Virus record (IMG/VR): IMGVR_UViG_3300020045_006398
Coordinates: 1 to 46,931 of that record
DNA: 46,931 nucleotides
Source: a virus
Lineage: Duplodnaviria; Caudoviricetes
Strand: one strand, 5' to 3'
In this document: positions 34,809 to 44,493 of the stretch, piece by piece
How the letters are laid out: every line of letters starts with the position of its first letter
Numbering within the stretch: position 1 is the first letter of the stretch
Translations under genes and position numbers: made by a program
The notes under the pieces: generated by a model
What the model was told of the DNA's origin: nothing
What the model saw: only the letters and a program-made list of their open reading frames with translations
Databases searched by the model: none

Positions 34809-35960
34809 TCCCTCCACCGCCTTATCCAGCTCATCCGTCCGTCTCAATGATTCCACATAGGCCTGAGTAGTACCAATCTTGCCATGATCAAGTAACTGCT
34901 GAATGGTGCCAAGTGGAATACCACCCTGATCAGCCAGGTATGCGAATGTATGCCGGGCAACATGGAGAGTGATATGTTTTTGAACCTTTGCCTTTTCTGC
35001 CACTGTCCCTAATGCCGTATTTAGATCAAAGCATAATGAGTTTACCCGGTTCAGGAATCTTCTTTTGTCAGCGGCCAGTTTACTATATGGCCAGTTCATT
35101 ACCGGGAATATGTATTCTTTTGACTTGTCATATTTTGACAATACGGCGGCCAGTGGTTCACTTATAAGTAAATCAATAACCTTCCCTGTCTTTGATGCCG
35201 TATACCGGAGCCGTCCGTCTGCAATAGATGTCCATCTCAAAGTAACAATATCGAATGCCCTGATTCCCCTTGCAAGGGTGGCGAATACAAATATGTCCCT
35301 CGCCAAATCTTCAGCCCCTTCAAGTTCTAACCCCTGCATCCTGACAAATTCATCCATCGACAACTTTGCCTTTGTGGTCTTATTGCCCGGCTTCCGGTAC
35401 CGGCTGAAAGGATTAACTACCCCTTCAATGAGATTCAGGCAAGCAGATACGACAGACATATCCTTTGCCCGGGTGTTCGGATTGTTGCCATTACCTATCA
35501 GGGCCGCGTCAAGCTTTCGGATCCATGCGGTAGAAATATCATTTATTACCGCATCTATCCCAAGAGATCGGATTTTCCGACCTGTTGCCCTGTATTTCTG
35601 AGCTGTCCGATACTGCCCGGCAGCATGCATAATTTCTGCCCTTGCCAATATATGATCGGATATATTGGCACCGCTGCCACTTTTGGAAAAGAAAGCCCCG
35701 GCATCGGGTACTATCTTCCGGAGTGAGCAATCTGTCAGATATTCCTTTGCCTCTTGCAAGGTTCGAGATATCAAAAGATTTAGATGGATATATCCCGGCT
35801 CCCCCTTCCGGATTTCTTTCTTCTTAAAATCGACATTCGCGATACGCGATTTGCAAATCTGTTTCAGGTATATTCGCCTGTCAATGGTCAGCCTGATGAA
35901 AATAGGGACGGTACCATCTTTATATGGTTTCGATTGGATATAGATACTGGCAGATGGCAT
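34800..35960 (-). CDS. int: Tyrosine integrase
   Basis: Arm-binding N-terminus (KDGTVPIFIRLTIDR); catalytic R (GIRAFD), K, HVARHTFA, LLDH, TQAY. Confidence 0.95.
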   Translation of the reverse strand: MPSASIYIQSKPYKDGTVPIFIRLTIDRRIYLKQICKSRIANVDFKKKEIRKGEPGYIHLNLLISRTLQEAKEYLTDCSLRKIVPDAGAFFSKSGSGANISDHILARAEIMHAAGQYRTAQKYRATGRKIRSLGIDAVINDISTAWIRKLDAALIGNGNNPNTRAKDMSVVSACLNLIEGVVNPFSRYRKPGNKTTKAKLSMDEFVRMQGLELEGAEDLARDIFVFATLARGIRAFDIVTLRWTSIADGRLRYTASKTGKVIDLLISEPLAAVLSKYDKSKEYIFPVMNWPYSKLAADKRRFLNRVNSLCFDLNTALGTVAEKAKVQKHITLHVARHTFAYLADQGGIPLGTIQQLLDHGKIGTTQAYVESLRRTDELDKAVEGLF

Positions 35961-35963
35961 ACA

Positions 35964-36167
35964 GCTAAAACGTGGCTAAAACAAAAGTACCTTTTAATAC
36001 CACTTTGCAATATATCCGTTAGCTGTATTTTTAGTCAAATATTAATATAGAAATAGTTTAACGGTGTTTGGTGGACTATTTGTGTAGTTCTGCCGGGGCT
36101 ACTCCATAAATTATAACTTATTGATAGTGTATGTTTTACGGATTATTGACTAAAACATAACTAAAAA
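35964..36167. other. Putative attP
   Basis: Paired RCTAAAAM arm-type repeats with 11-bp period at 35964/35975 and 36149/36160, an inverted copy at 36029, flanking a GC-rich core GTAGTTCTGCCGGGGCTAC (36084-36102). Confidence 0.7.
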
Positions 36168-36191
36168 AGGCCCCGGCATTCACCGGCGGCC
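36163..36191 (-). terminator. Intrinsic terminator ending the capsid/lysis operon
   Basis: Minus strand GGCCGCCGG-TGAATG-CCGGGGCC-TTTTTT. Confidence 0.7.
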
Positions 36192-36215
36192 CTCTCATGA
36201 AAAACAAATCCCAGA

Positions 36216-37322
36216 CTATACCATAAGGTCAGCGACCTTTACTTTTTCATTGCAGGTAAAGCAGTCAGTGGCATTGGCAGGCACATTTTGAGCTAACCAC
36301 GGCATGCGCTGACTAAGCAAGGTTCCAACCCTATCCCGATGGAATGCTATTTCTTCCCTTGTTATTTGGGTGTATTTATTTGGTCCAGGATCCTGAAGGA
36401 TTAGCCCCGCTAAAGCCTTGATACCGTATAGTGATATGCACTCAGCCATAACCCTTGCCCATGTATCATTTTCAAAGTCAAAATTCTGACATAGCCAATC
36501 ATTACCACATGATGCACCCATATTGATGCGGATACCATAAGCGTAAGTCGATGGTGAGTTCAATAAACAATCGCTGCCCTCCCTCAATGTCAAGTCCCTG
36601 ATATCGGTAAGCAAAGCCCCGGTAACTCCCGATATGGCAAAATACTTATCCCATTTATCCTTAGCCCCGCACGTTGCACATTTAATGGTGTTATTGCGCG
36701 GATACCCTGCCCCTGGTTGGTACAAAATATACAGTGGCGATCGTTGGCTATAATCATTCATGAAGTCATGCACAAACTCACTGGAAAGCGTTGCCGCTCC
36801 CCTGTTTCCTGACATCGTTACATTGACCGTCCCGGACGGTGTACCGGTGGTAAGTGCATCTTCTGTATAGAAATTGACGGCTATGGTGTCCCCTGATCTG
36901 CCATTGACATACAGCTCAATCTGGTAGGTCTTTCCAATTGTCCCCCTGAAAATTTTAGGGCAAATTTTTATCCCTGCCCACGTTGAGGCAGTGGTCAGGT
37001 TAAGCGAATGGGTATTTTTACCTATCCAATCATTGAAAGGCTCCACCTTCTTATTAAATGGCCCTCCAAGAATGGCAGCCCCAAGCTCTGTTACAAATTG
37101 CTGAATCCCATATGTACGGGCGCGGGCCATTACCGTCCATACATCTGTTACCGTACAATCCTGAATTGATTGAGGTATCCGCAATGGAAAACCATACTCA
37201 GGATTATCCAGGTAGTACCCAGATAGCGACTCATTATAATCCTCTGGCCTCTCTGCTTCAAAGCAGGCGCATTCATTGGATGACAGCCCTACGACTGTCT
37301 CAAGGCACGTGCTAACTGACAT
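36216..37322 (-). CDS. Putative head completion/head-tail connector protein (Cys-rich)
   Basis: 368 aa; last gene of the capsid operon; helical termini with a central beta insert. Assigned from position. Confidence 0.5.
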   Translation of the reverse strand: MSVSTCLETVVGLSSNECACFEAERPEDYNESLSGYYLDNPEYGFPLRIPQSIQDCTVTDVWTVMARARTYGIQQFVTELGAAILGGPFNKKVEPFNDWIGKNTHSLNLTTASTWAGIKICPKIFRGTIGKTYQIELYVNGRSGDTIAVNFYTEDALTTGTPSGTVNVTMSGNRGAATLSSEFVHDFMNDYSQRSPLYILYQPGAGYPRNNTIKCATCGAKDKWDKYFAISGVTGALLTDIRDLTLREGSDCLLNSPSTYAYGIRINMGASCGNDWLCQNFDFENDTWARVMAECISLYGIKALAGLILQDPGPNKYTQITREEIAFHRDRVGTLLSQRMPWLAQNVPANATDCFTCNEKVKVADLMV

Positions 37323-38442
37323 CTTTGGTCTGGATTAGTTTATAGAGATTCTTTCCGGGACATAGGGTTGTACCTACGTCCTTATGTCCTATCACTGGCT
37401 TATCGCCAATGACAGCTTTTATAGTTGCGATTAGCCATTTAAGTGCAAGTATAGTCGCATTAGTTGGCGTTTCATCCTCATAGTTCCCGATGCAGCATAT
37501 CCCCAGAGTCTTTGTATTCTGATTGGCTACGTTGTAGCTAACGGTATCGATCTCGTTACCTTTAAATATCTGCCCTGATTTGTCGATCAGGAAATGGTAT
37601 CCAACGCCCGGCCATTTATGGTATCCTGTATGATATTCAGCTATTGATTGAGGCGTGCCATTATCAGCAGAATGATGAACAACTATCTGCTCAATCTGGT
37701 CAATGCGCCGCTTTCTGTATCGATTGGCTCCATGCGGTAAGCTATCGACAATATCAATAACCTTGTGGGCAGTAGTCAATAATGCTGGTCCAAGTCTTTC
37801 TTTTGTTTCCAGTTTGATAGCCCCGAAAGCTGCCTGCAAACCATCGATATCATCCTGTAGAATTGATATATGCTCCCCATCGTACGTTGGATACATTATT
37901 GCCAGCTCATCAGATGCATGCGCAATGTCCAGCATATGCCCGATCTCATGCATTGCCACTTGCCAAAGCTGAACCAATAGGCTGCCAGTCTCTTTGTCGT
38001 ATTTATGTATCTCACTCCATGCCTCCCCCTCATCAAAATACAGATCAAAGGAGTTCGGAGGCCTGTGAGCTAGTACCCCCAGCGGCCCATCAAACGGCCA
38101 TCTGTTATTAACCTGAATGGTTGACCCATCAGATATAACTATGTCCTGAGATGATTGACCCGGATTTAAAAAGTAAAGCCTTATTTGTGCCTTATGCCAG
38201 TCATCTGTTGGGTGTAGTTCAATTACCCTGCCCGCTGGTTGGATAAGATCAAAGGCTGCCTGCCATTTTTCAAAGCATGTCTGAAAGGCAAACAGAACTT
38301 TAAATTTGTCCATCTTACTGGTGAAGTTCGCCACATGCCAATAGATGACACCATTGGCATCCGGTACCAATTTTGCCCAGTTAAGTAATTTATACTCAGC
38401 CGGTCCCGAAACATTCACACAAGTAGATGGAATATGCCTCAT
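37312..38442 (-). CDS. Endolysin: matrixin (M10) metallopeptidase fused to Amidase_2
   Basis: PFDGPLGVLAH, YFDEGEAW, HEIGHMLDIAH and the AIMYP Met-turn; then IVVHHSA, GYHFLI, GICCIGNY and HKDVGTTLCPG. Confidence 0.85.
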   Translation of the reverse strand: MRHIPSTCVNVSGPAEYKLLNWAKLVPDANGVIYWHVANFTSKMDKFKVLFAFQTCFEKWQAAFDLIQPAGRVIELHPTDDWHKAQIRLYFLNPGQSSQDIVISDGSTIQVNNRWPFDGPLGVLAHRPPNSFDLYFDEGEAWSEIHKYDKETGSLLVQLWQVAMHEIGHMLDIAHASDELAIMYPTYDGEHISILQDDIDGLQAAFGAIKLETKERLGPALLTTAHKVIDIVDSLPHGANRYRKRRIDQIEQIVVHHSADNGTPQSIAEYHTGYHKWPGVGYHFLIDKSGQIFKGNEIDTVSYNVANQNTKTLGICCIGNYEDETPTNATILALKWLIATIKAVIGDKPVIGHKDVGTTLCPGKNLYKLIQTKDVS

Positions 38443-38933
38443 TAGAGTATCCCGGATAATACAAGTCCGATAATCGAAATAATCGAAACGCCAACGGCAC
38501 CGGCTATAATCACAGCCCTTGAATCGCTAACCTCGATATCACCAAACTGGAGCCTTGCAGGGATAGATTTAGGATTAACCCCTACCGGAGTATCTGACAA
38601 CCACCTCAGCACATTGTTAAGAGCCGTTACCACAACCAGGGCAGACGTATAGAATGCGGTTGAGGACACGTCACAAAAGAATGAGAGCCAAGAAACAGTT
38701 TCGCCTAGTGAGCAAAGCAGGGCAAACAGCCCCCCGTCTTTAATGGCAAACTCCCATACAGCTAACAATAGCACTATGGTATTCAGGATGATTGTTCTCA
38801 TTCCTGCTATTTGGGTATTTCCCAAAAGAATTTTATTAATCAGTTGCTTTATCATGATAGTAAGTATTTGAGAATTAAAAAAGGACAGCAACCTTTTACC
38901 GATGCTGCCCTTTTTCTTATTATGAGATTTCAT
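38442..38933 (-). CDS. Holin-like membrane protein
   Basis: About three hydrophobic segments; coupled to the endolysin by TAATG. Confidence 0.6.
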   Translation of the reverse strand: MKSHNKKKGSIGKRLLSFFNSQILTIMIKQLINKILLGNTQIAGMRTIILNTIVLLLAVWEFAIKDGGLFALLCSLGETVSWLSFFCDVSSTAFYTSALVVVTALNNVLRWLSDTPVGVNPKSIPARLQFGDIEVSDSRAVIIAGAVGVSIISIIGLVLSGIL

Positions 38934-38940
38934 TTATCGA

Positions 38941-40008
38941 CTACTCAGTAATCGCATTGATTTGCAGGATACCAGTGTCGCCACTATCGCAAACCTGCGG
39001 ACCTAATTGCAGACCTCCACGGAATACAATTCTGAAAGCGTGATTTACGGTAACGGTTCCAGCAGGTGCAACCTGGCAAACCTTCTGATACTCCACATCG
39101 AAGTATACAGGTACCAATGCGCCACCGTTGTTGTACATCAATCGGGCAGAGCGTTGTTTCCAGATCATTGTGCCCTGAGCATCACCACGTGGTTGAGGTG
39201 CTTCATTCATGTACTGGTTGGATGACCAGAACGCATAAGATGAAGGATCTACTACGAAGGTTGCATCTGCCCCAACGGTAGAGTCAATGTTTTTGACATC
39301 GAAAACGATATCAAAAGGACCTGTTGAGAAAACAGCATCCACATTGTCAGAACCTGCAGAACGGTAATCTGCCAGGAATCTAGCGGTGTAGAAATTCTTA
39401 CCCGTGATGATAAATGGAGAGTACAGATTTGAAAGCTCTGCAATCACTGCGATATCAGCCAAGAATGATGGCGTAACATTGGCAGCCGGAACCTCGATGA
39501 TATTCCCGTTGAGGGTATATCCAAGATCATCACCCGGAGCCTGCTCATTGGCTGTGAGGAATGCAATAGCTGCATCATTGATCTTCTTTTCGATCATTGC
39601 CATTTTCACAGCCATGAGATAAGAGATCTTTTCTGAAGCAGTGAAAGCATCGGCGCAATCTTCTTCAGACACTTCAAACGTGGCAACATATGCCAGGTTG
39701 TTAGCCAAAGAAAGATAGGTGCTTTCCGTTTCATCACCAGTAATGGTGCATGATGCGATTGGTGTAGCGATAGCATCGACTACATCATTGGTACAGGATT
39801 TAAGCCATACGGTTTTTGCACCACGGCAATCCATGTGATCCAAAAGAACGTCCGTTTTGTCAAAGCGAACTGTCTGCCTTTCGGCAAGTGCTTTAACGGT
39901 GTCGATTGGTTGATTCAGTTCAGGTGTGTGACGTACACCGCTGAACATCTCATTTATTTTGATGATTACATCCGGAAGTGTGGATGCTGAAAAATCTCCT
40001 GCTGCCAT
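38941..40008 (-). CDS. Major capsid protein
   Basis: 355 aa following the scaffold; strong A-rich start; HK97-like layout with a long helix (KMAMIEKKINDAAIAFL). Confidence 0.75.
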   Translation of the reverse strand: MAAGDFSASTLPDVIIKINEMFSGVRHTPELNQPIDTVKALAERQTVRFDKTDVLLDHMDCRGAKTVWLKSCTNDVVDAIATPIASCTITGDETESTYLSLANNLAYVATFEVSEEDCADAFTASEKISYLMAVKMAMIEKKINDAAIAFLTANEQAPGDDLGYTLNGNIIEVPAANVTPSFLADIAVIAELSNLYSPFIITGKNFYTARFLADYRSAGSDNVDAVFSTGPFDIVFDVKNIDSTVGADATFVVDPSSYAFWSSNQYMNEAPQPRGDAQGTMIWKQRSARLMYNNGGALVPVYFDVEYQKVCQVAPAGTVTVNHAFRIVFRGGLQLGPQVCDSGDTGILQINAITE

Positions 40009-40035
40009 AAGGCGTTAAGTTTAGTTGTTAGATGG

Positions 40036-40920
40036 TTAAGTAATTACTCCATCCTCAACTTGCTTATCAAAATGCGCTTTAATGGCTTTCTGTTTGGTGA
40101 CATCTTTTTCATTGTTCAGTGCCTTGATCAGATCGGCGGTATTTTTCATCTCTGGAAAATCTTGAGATTGAGGACCTACATTTTCTATTGATGGCTTATT
40201 TGCCGGTGATTTCCGATTGTCAGCTACTGCAACTTGAAAAAACTTTTTAGACTTTGAAACAAAGTGATCTTCAAAGGTCATTTCCTTTGTGCCTGATTCA
40301 TTCTCCTTTATTCTGCCATTGGCATCCAGGATAACTATCTTACCATCTATGAGTGATACTTTGGTTTGATCATCTTCCAACTTCTCAAAAAGTGTGGAAA
40401 GCATAGTCTCCTTTATATCCTCATTATCAGGTAGCACGAAATTCTTTTCCTTCAATAATCGTAGGCCGGCTTCTTTCGCCACCCTCATAGTTTCAGCCTT
40501 TTGAAAAGAACTAACCTTTGCTGCGATCTCATCATCTTTCTCCTTTAGTGCTGCCTTCAATCGTTTGGTATCGTTGATATATACCTCACTATTTTTGACA
40601 TCTTCAGGATTCAGTTTTGAGTGTTTGCTGGCTGCCTCAATGGCTGCCTCAACTATCTCATCAATGTTATTTCCTTCGACTCCAAACTTTGCCTTAAGTG
40701 CTTTTTCTTTAGCTGTTAAGGATTCTTTTTCTCCCCACGATTTGCCCTCCTTTTTACCGGAAAGTTTTGCTGCCAGAAGTTTCTCACCAAATTGTGATTT
40801 GATGATCGCTTCAATGTCAGCTTGTGGTTTGAACTGTTCACCATCTTTCAGGGCTTGAGTGAGTTCCCCAGGGCTTGTTTCGAGTACATCAGCCAAAAAC
40901 TCCGGTGTTAATTCAATCAT
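40036..40920 (-). CDS. Capsid scaffolding protein
   Basis: Highly charged Lys/Glu coiled coil immediately upstream of the major capsid gene. Confidence 0.7.
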   Translation of the reverse strand: MIELTPEFLADVLETSPGELTQALKDGEQFKPQADIEAIIKSQFGEKLLAAKLSGKKEGKSWGEKESLTAKEKALKAKFGVEGNNIDEIVEAAIEAASKHSKLNPEDVKNSEVYINDTKRLKAALKEKDDEIAAKVSSFQKAETMRVAKEAGLRLLKEKNFVLPDNEDIKETMLSTLFEKLEDDQTKVSLIDGKIVILDANGRIKENESGTKEMTFEDHFVSKSKKFFQVAVADNRKSPANKPSIENVGPQSQDFPEMKNTADLIKALNNEKDVTKQKAIKAHFDKQVEDGVIT

Positions 40921-40951
40921 ATAAATATTGCTCGCGCAAATAGTTTACTCT

Positions 40952-41254
40952 TTAAACCTTTTCAGCTTCCTGTAAAGGTGTTGGCCTTTGTGGCTGTGGT
41001 CTTGGCGTTTGAATTGCCACCGGTGCGGGTTCTGGCTTCTTCAATGGCTCAGGTGCTTTTGTCCCTGTTGATTCTCCCGTCAATACCCATCCGTTTTTCT
41101 CTTGTTTCACGATACCATCTTCACGACTTGAATAGTGGCGAAGTGGTACGTTATTCCATGCCGTTACGGTAAATTCCTTTCTTTGTGGATTACCATTTTT
41201 GTCAACCCTCGTTAGGTGTTGGGCAATAAGTTTTTTCTGCTGTTGTTTTGCCAT
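40952..41254 (-). CDS. Hypothetical protein with Pro-rich tail
   Basis: 100 aa within the late operon. Confidence 0.6.
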   Translation of the reverse strand: MAKQQQKKLIAQHLTRVDKNGNPQRKEFTVTAWNNVPLRHYSSREDGIVKQEKNGWVLTGESTGTKAPEPLKKPEPAPVAIQTPRPQPQRPTPLQEAEKV

Positions 41255-41261
41255 GAGTTTT

Positions 41262-41951
41262 TTATGCTGTTGCTAAATCGGCATCTTTCGGTGCCTTTGA
41301 TTTCAATGGTTCAGGTGTTTTGAATTTGCCCACTTTCAATTGGGCAGCCTGATCCATTGCATATGTTGGAGGGTCGAACAGGTGATACCATTCAAGGACT
41401 ATCTGTCCTTCAAGTAATACCTGCTCACCTCTTTGGTTGACATTACCTGCATTGACTACACGGGCAATGATGCCAGCGGCACCACCGTATCCACGGCCAT
41501 CAATATCACCATACCAGATGCAGACATATTGAGAGCCTTGCAGCTCCCGGATAGCATCGTAATTGGTGATGTGCATATCGGTAATCGTGAAATTGAGCGT
41601 ATGCTTCCGGTCAACTGTTTTAAGCCTTCCTGACCTGGTTGGTAGTGGTACGGTAATTGCTTCAGCCAGCGGCTTGTCACCAAATCCAATGAACTTAGCA
41701 ATACCTGTAACCCCCAAACCTCCTGCACCTGGATCAGTATGATCCACCGGTGTTACAACTGGCTCCCATTGCCCGGTTGTACCGTCCTTAACGACATTGC
41801 AAATCCATAACCTGTCAATCTCACCTTCATGAGTGACATAGGCATCTGGACAAGTTGAGAAGTTTGTAGCGGTTGGTACTGTTGGCGTACAATCAGTAGA
41901 TGGGAATCCGGTAGGACCGGTATATGGTGATGTGAAAAGATCTGCTGCCAT
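41262..41951 (-). CDS. Putative major tail tube protein
   Basis: Beta-rich (HTLNFTITDM, QIVLEW); start ATG 41951 after an A-rich leader; first gene behind late promoter 4. Confidence 0.55.
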   Translation of the reverse strand: MAADLFTSPYTGPTGFPSTDCTPTVPTATNFSTCPDAYVTHEGEIDRLWICNVVKDGTTGQWEPVVTPVDHTDPGAGGLGVTGIAKFIGFGDKPLAEAITVPLPTRSGRLKTVDRKHTLNFTITDMHITNYDAIRELQGSQYVCIWYGDIDGRGYGGAAGIIARVVNAGNVNQRGEQVLLEGQIVLEWYHLFDPPTYAMDQAAQLKVGKFKTPEPLKSKAPKDADLATA

Positions 41952-41983
41952 TGTGTAGTTTTTAGGTTTTAAAACCTTTACCA

Positions 41984-42029
41984 CAAAATTCAGCAGATTG
42001 GAAAGTAAAGCGTGTTACAATGTGTAACA
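41984..42029 (-). promoter_or_regulatory. Late promoter copy 4
   Basis: Palindrome at 42013-42029, 21-nt spacer, GAATTTTG at 41984-41991. Confidence 0.8.
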
Positions 42030-42033
42030 AATA

Positions 42034-42318
42034 TTAGGCGCTCTCATCTTCTTCATTTTGTTTTGGCAATTCTGCCATATCAATTTTACGCCACCCATCA
42101 GCCCACAACATATTTGAAAGTTCGACACCGATATCTTCGACGGCTTCTTCAGTTAAGTATGGCTGTAAAATATGGGTGCCTTCATGGATTAGTACGTCTA
42201 GTAATTCTTTTCCTTTTATCCGGCTATCCGCATGGATCATATCAGCGTAAGGCTCAACCAATCCGGTTGCCTTACGCCTGCCTAATTTCTTATAGATGAT
42301 GCCGGATATCTTTGCCAT
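42034..42318 (-). CDS. Minimal zincin-like HExxH protein
   Basis: LDVLIHEGTHI followed by EEAVE. Confidence 0.65.
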   Translation of the reverse strand: MAKISGIIYKKLGRRKATGLVEPYADMIHADSRIKGKELLDVLIHEGTHILQPYLTEEAVEDIGVELSNMLWADGWRKIDMAELPKQNEEDESA

Positions 42319-43364
42319 TATAACACCTCCCCTTTATGTATGCGTTTATTCTGAACATTGAAATTACCATCAGCCTCAACTTCAATAAAGGCAAATCCGT
42401 GATTCCATTTATTGAGTGGCATATAATCAGGATGCAGCTCTGAAAGGCATCCAACACTCCATGTCGTAGTAATTCTACCGTTCATATCTGTTTCAGTGTG
42501 TTCACTTGTTTGGTGATTATGCCCCTGCATAGCTGACACCTTTGCCTTTAGGAATAAACCACGGGCAATATTAACGGGGGAAAAAGTGCCACCGGGAAAC
42601 TCGTGACCATGTATTATATTTAGATCACCTGCCTTTGCTATTCGCTTATTGTGAACAAATGATATATCGTCACCACATCTTTTTCTTATTAATGCCTCAA
42701 GTGAAAATTCAGGAACCCCATGAAGCTCTCCAGCTTTCTGGTATAGGAATTGATCATATCTATCTTCATGGTTGCCAGTTTTGTACACAACATTGGCTTT
42801 TGGAAACTCCTCACGCAAAGCGTAAATTAAATTTCCAAGCGAATCAAGCTCTGCGGCAAATGCCCTTTTCTTTGGGTCACGAACAAAACGGCTCAACTGA
42901 TGGCAGTCAATACCGTCTCCACCAATAAAAAGTGTATCAGGCTCCTGTGGCTTTAACCATCCAATTGCCCCGGTCAGTGCCGGAATAGAATGATATGGGC
43001 AATGGATATCAAATAGCCCCGCAATCCTTTCACCTTTTATAATGTATGGTTCGTAAATAGTCTCATCACTCTCCGGTAAATTGTACGGATTCTTTGGACG
43101 TGCATCTTTTTCAAATAAATTTTTCATAAGCTCATTACCGATACCTCCACGCCCTATCACTTTTGAAATCAATAACCTCACTTTCTCGACATCGGTAAAT
43201 CGCAATGGATGATCATTATAAATTATTCTTGCCAATTTCAAAACAGGCATCTTCTTGCCATCAGGCATCAAGTCTTTACCGTCCCGGATATATGACCGTA
43301 TTAGTTCTACATTTCCACTCCGCACCCCGTTCTGGTTGCCCTTCATACTCTCGCTTAAGCCCAT
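42318..43364 (-). CDS. Calcineurin-like metallophosphoesterase
   Basis: DIH, GDGID, GNHE, HGH and GHNH motifs; basic helical N-terminal extension. Confidence 0.85.
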   Translation of the reverse strand: MGLSESMKGNQNGVRSGNVELIRSYIRDGKDLMPDGKKMPVLKLARIIYNDHPLRFTDVEKVRLLISKVIGRGGIGNELMKNLFEKDARPKNPYNLPESDETIYEPYIIKGERIAGLFDIHCPYHSIPALTGAIGWLKPQEPDTLFIGGDGIDCHQLSRFVRDPKKRAFAAELDSLGNLIYALREEFPKANVVYKTGNHEDRYDQFLYQKAGELHGVPEFSLEALIRKRCGDDISFVHNKRIAKAGDLNIIHGHEFPGGTFSPVNIARGLFLKAKVSAMQGHNHQTSEHTETDMNGRITTTWSVGCLSELHPDYMPLNKWNHGFAFIEVEADGNFNVQNKRIHKGEVL

Positions 43365-43405
43365 AGATATGTTTTTATGAATTTTAAAAAAGGACTAAAA
43401 ATATT

Positions 43406-43765
43406 TTACTCCTGTTTATCATCTCCGGTATGCTTCACCAACTCATCCATAAGAGGGAAGTCAGCCATTCCTTTTTCTTTAATATACACCTGAAAACCAC
43501 GAAGCATACCTATGATGCCGTTATACTTCATCTGAAGGTTCCGGTACGCTTCATCCAATAATCGATATTTATTCTCCCAGTTATGCAGCTCGGTACGGAG
43601 ATAGTCAATTTGCTTTTTGATATCAGCAAGTTTAACATCTCGCTCTTCTACAGACCTGTAACTCTTAAAGAATGGAAGTACGAATTTATCAGCAGCCCAA
43701 AGGACGGCTATGATACATAATATCCATATCGGTAATGATGGGATGATCTGATCTAATGGAAACAT
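43406..43765 (-). CDS. TM + coiled-coil protein (holin/spanin-like)
   Basis: One N-terminal hydrophobic helix followed by a coiled coil. Confidence 0.5.
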   Translation of the reverse strand: MFPLDQIIPSLPIWILCIIAVLWAADKFVLPFFKSYRSVEERDVKLADIKKQIDYLRTELHNWENKYRLLDEAYRNLQMKYNGIIGMLRGFQVYIKEKGMADFPLMDELVKHTGDDKQE

Positions 43766-43792
43766 AGAGAGGTGTTATTTAGTGCGCTCTTA

Positions 43793-44470
43793 CTACTTTA
43801 TGGAGTTGTTGATTATTACTCCGATCTTTAGCCCTGTTGATATAGGTGATTTGATAATAGGTATATCGGATTCAATAAGAAGTCCTAGCCCATTGGCTAT
43901 TGGTAATACACCACTGATATCAATTACAAATGAATTACCTGTACCGCCTGCTGTATTTATAATGTATTCGGGTCCACAGGATATTGTAGCTGGCATCCCG
44001 CCCGGTTCTTTAGGATAAAAGGCAGCTTCCGCACCAACAAATAAACGGGTATCGGATATTGACCCCGCATCTGTGATATCAGCAATATGATAATTAAATG
44101 ATCCGTGCAGGTTTATAACTTTTCTTTGCTTTCTGAGTATGGTATACCACGGATATATGCCAATAGACACCCCGCTATCTTCATCCAATGAATCAACATT
44201 TGATATGCCTACATTTGCAATTACCGGGATCGCGTAATTCTCCCCCTGATCAAAAATGTACATTGCACGTCCTGATAAAAGGAATGAGTTTGAAACATCC
44301 CCAACTACATTATAGGCTAGTTTTGCACCTACCCACGGATTATTGAGTGAGTTAGCTGATATTTTTGCTGGTTGGTTTTTCTTATTTGCTGATGACACCA
44401 TGCTGAATGGTGTTTGGGCTTCTGCTATTGAAGCAACCAAAATAAATGAAAGTAATATAAGATTTTTCAT
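43793..44470 (-). CDS. Exported protein, putative outer-membrane beta-barrel
   Basis: Signal peptide ...SIAEA|Q; about ten amphipathic strand-like segments (WVGAKLAY, VSIGIYPWY, LFVGAEAAF, LKIGVII). Confidence 0.55.
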   Translation of the reverse strand: MKNLILLSFILVASIAEAQTPFSMVSSANKKNQPAKISANSLNNPWVGAKLAYNVVGDVSNSFLLSGRAMYIFDQGENYAIPVIANVGISNVDSLDEDSGVSIGIYPWYTILRKQRKVINLHGSFNYHIADITDAGSISDTRLFVGAEAAFYPKEPGGMPATISCGPEYIINTAGGTGNSFVIDISGVLPIANGLGLLIESDIPIIKSPISTGLKIGVIINNSIK

Positions 44471-44493
44471 GTGTTACTTTTAAGAGTTAAAGT

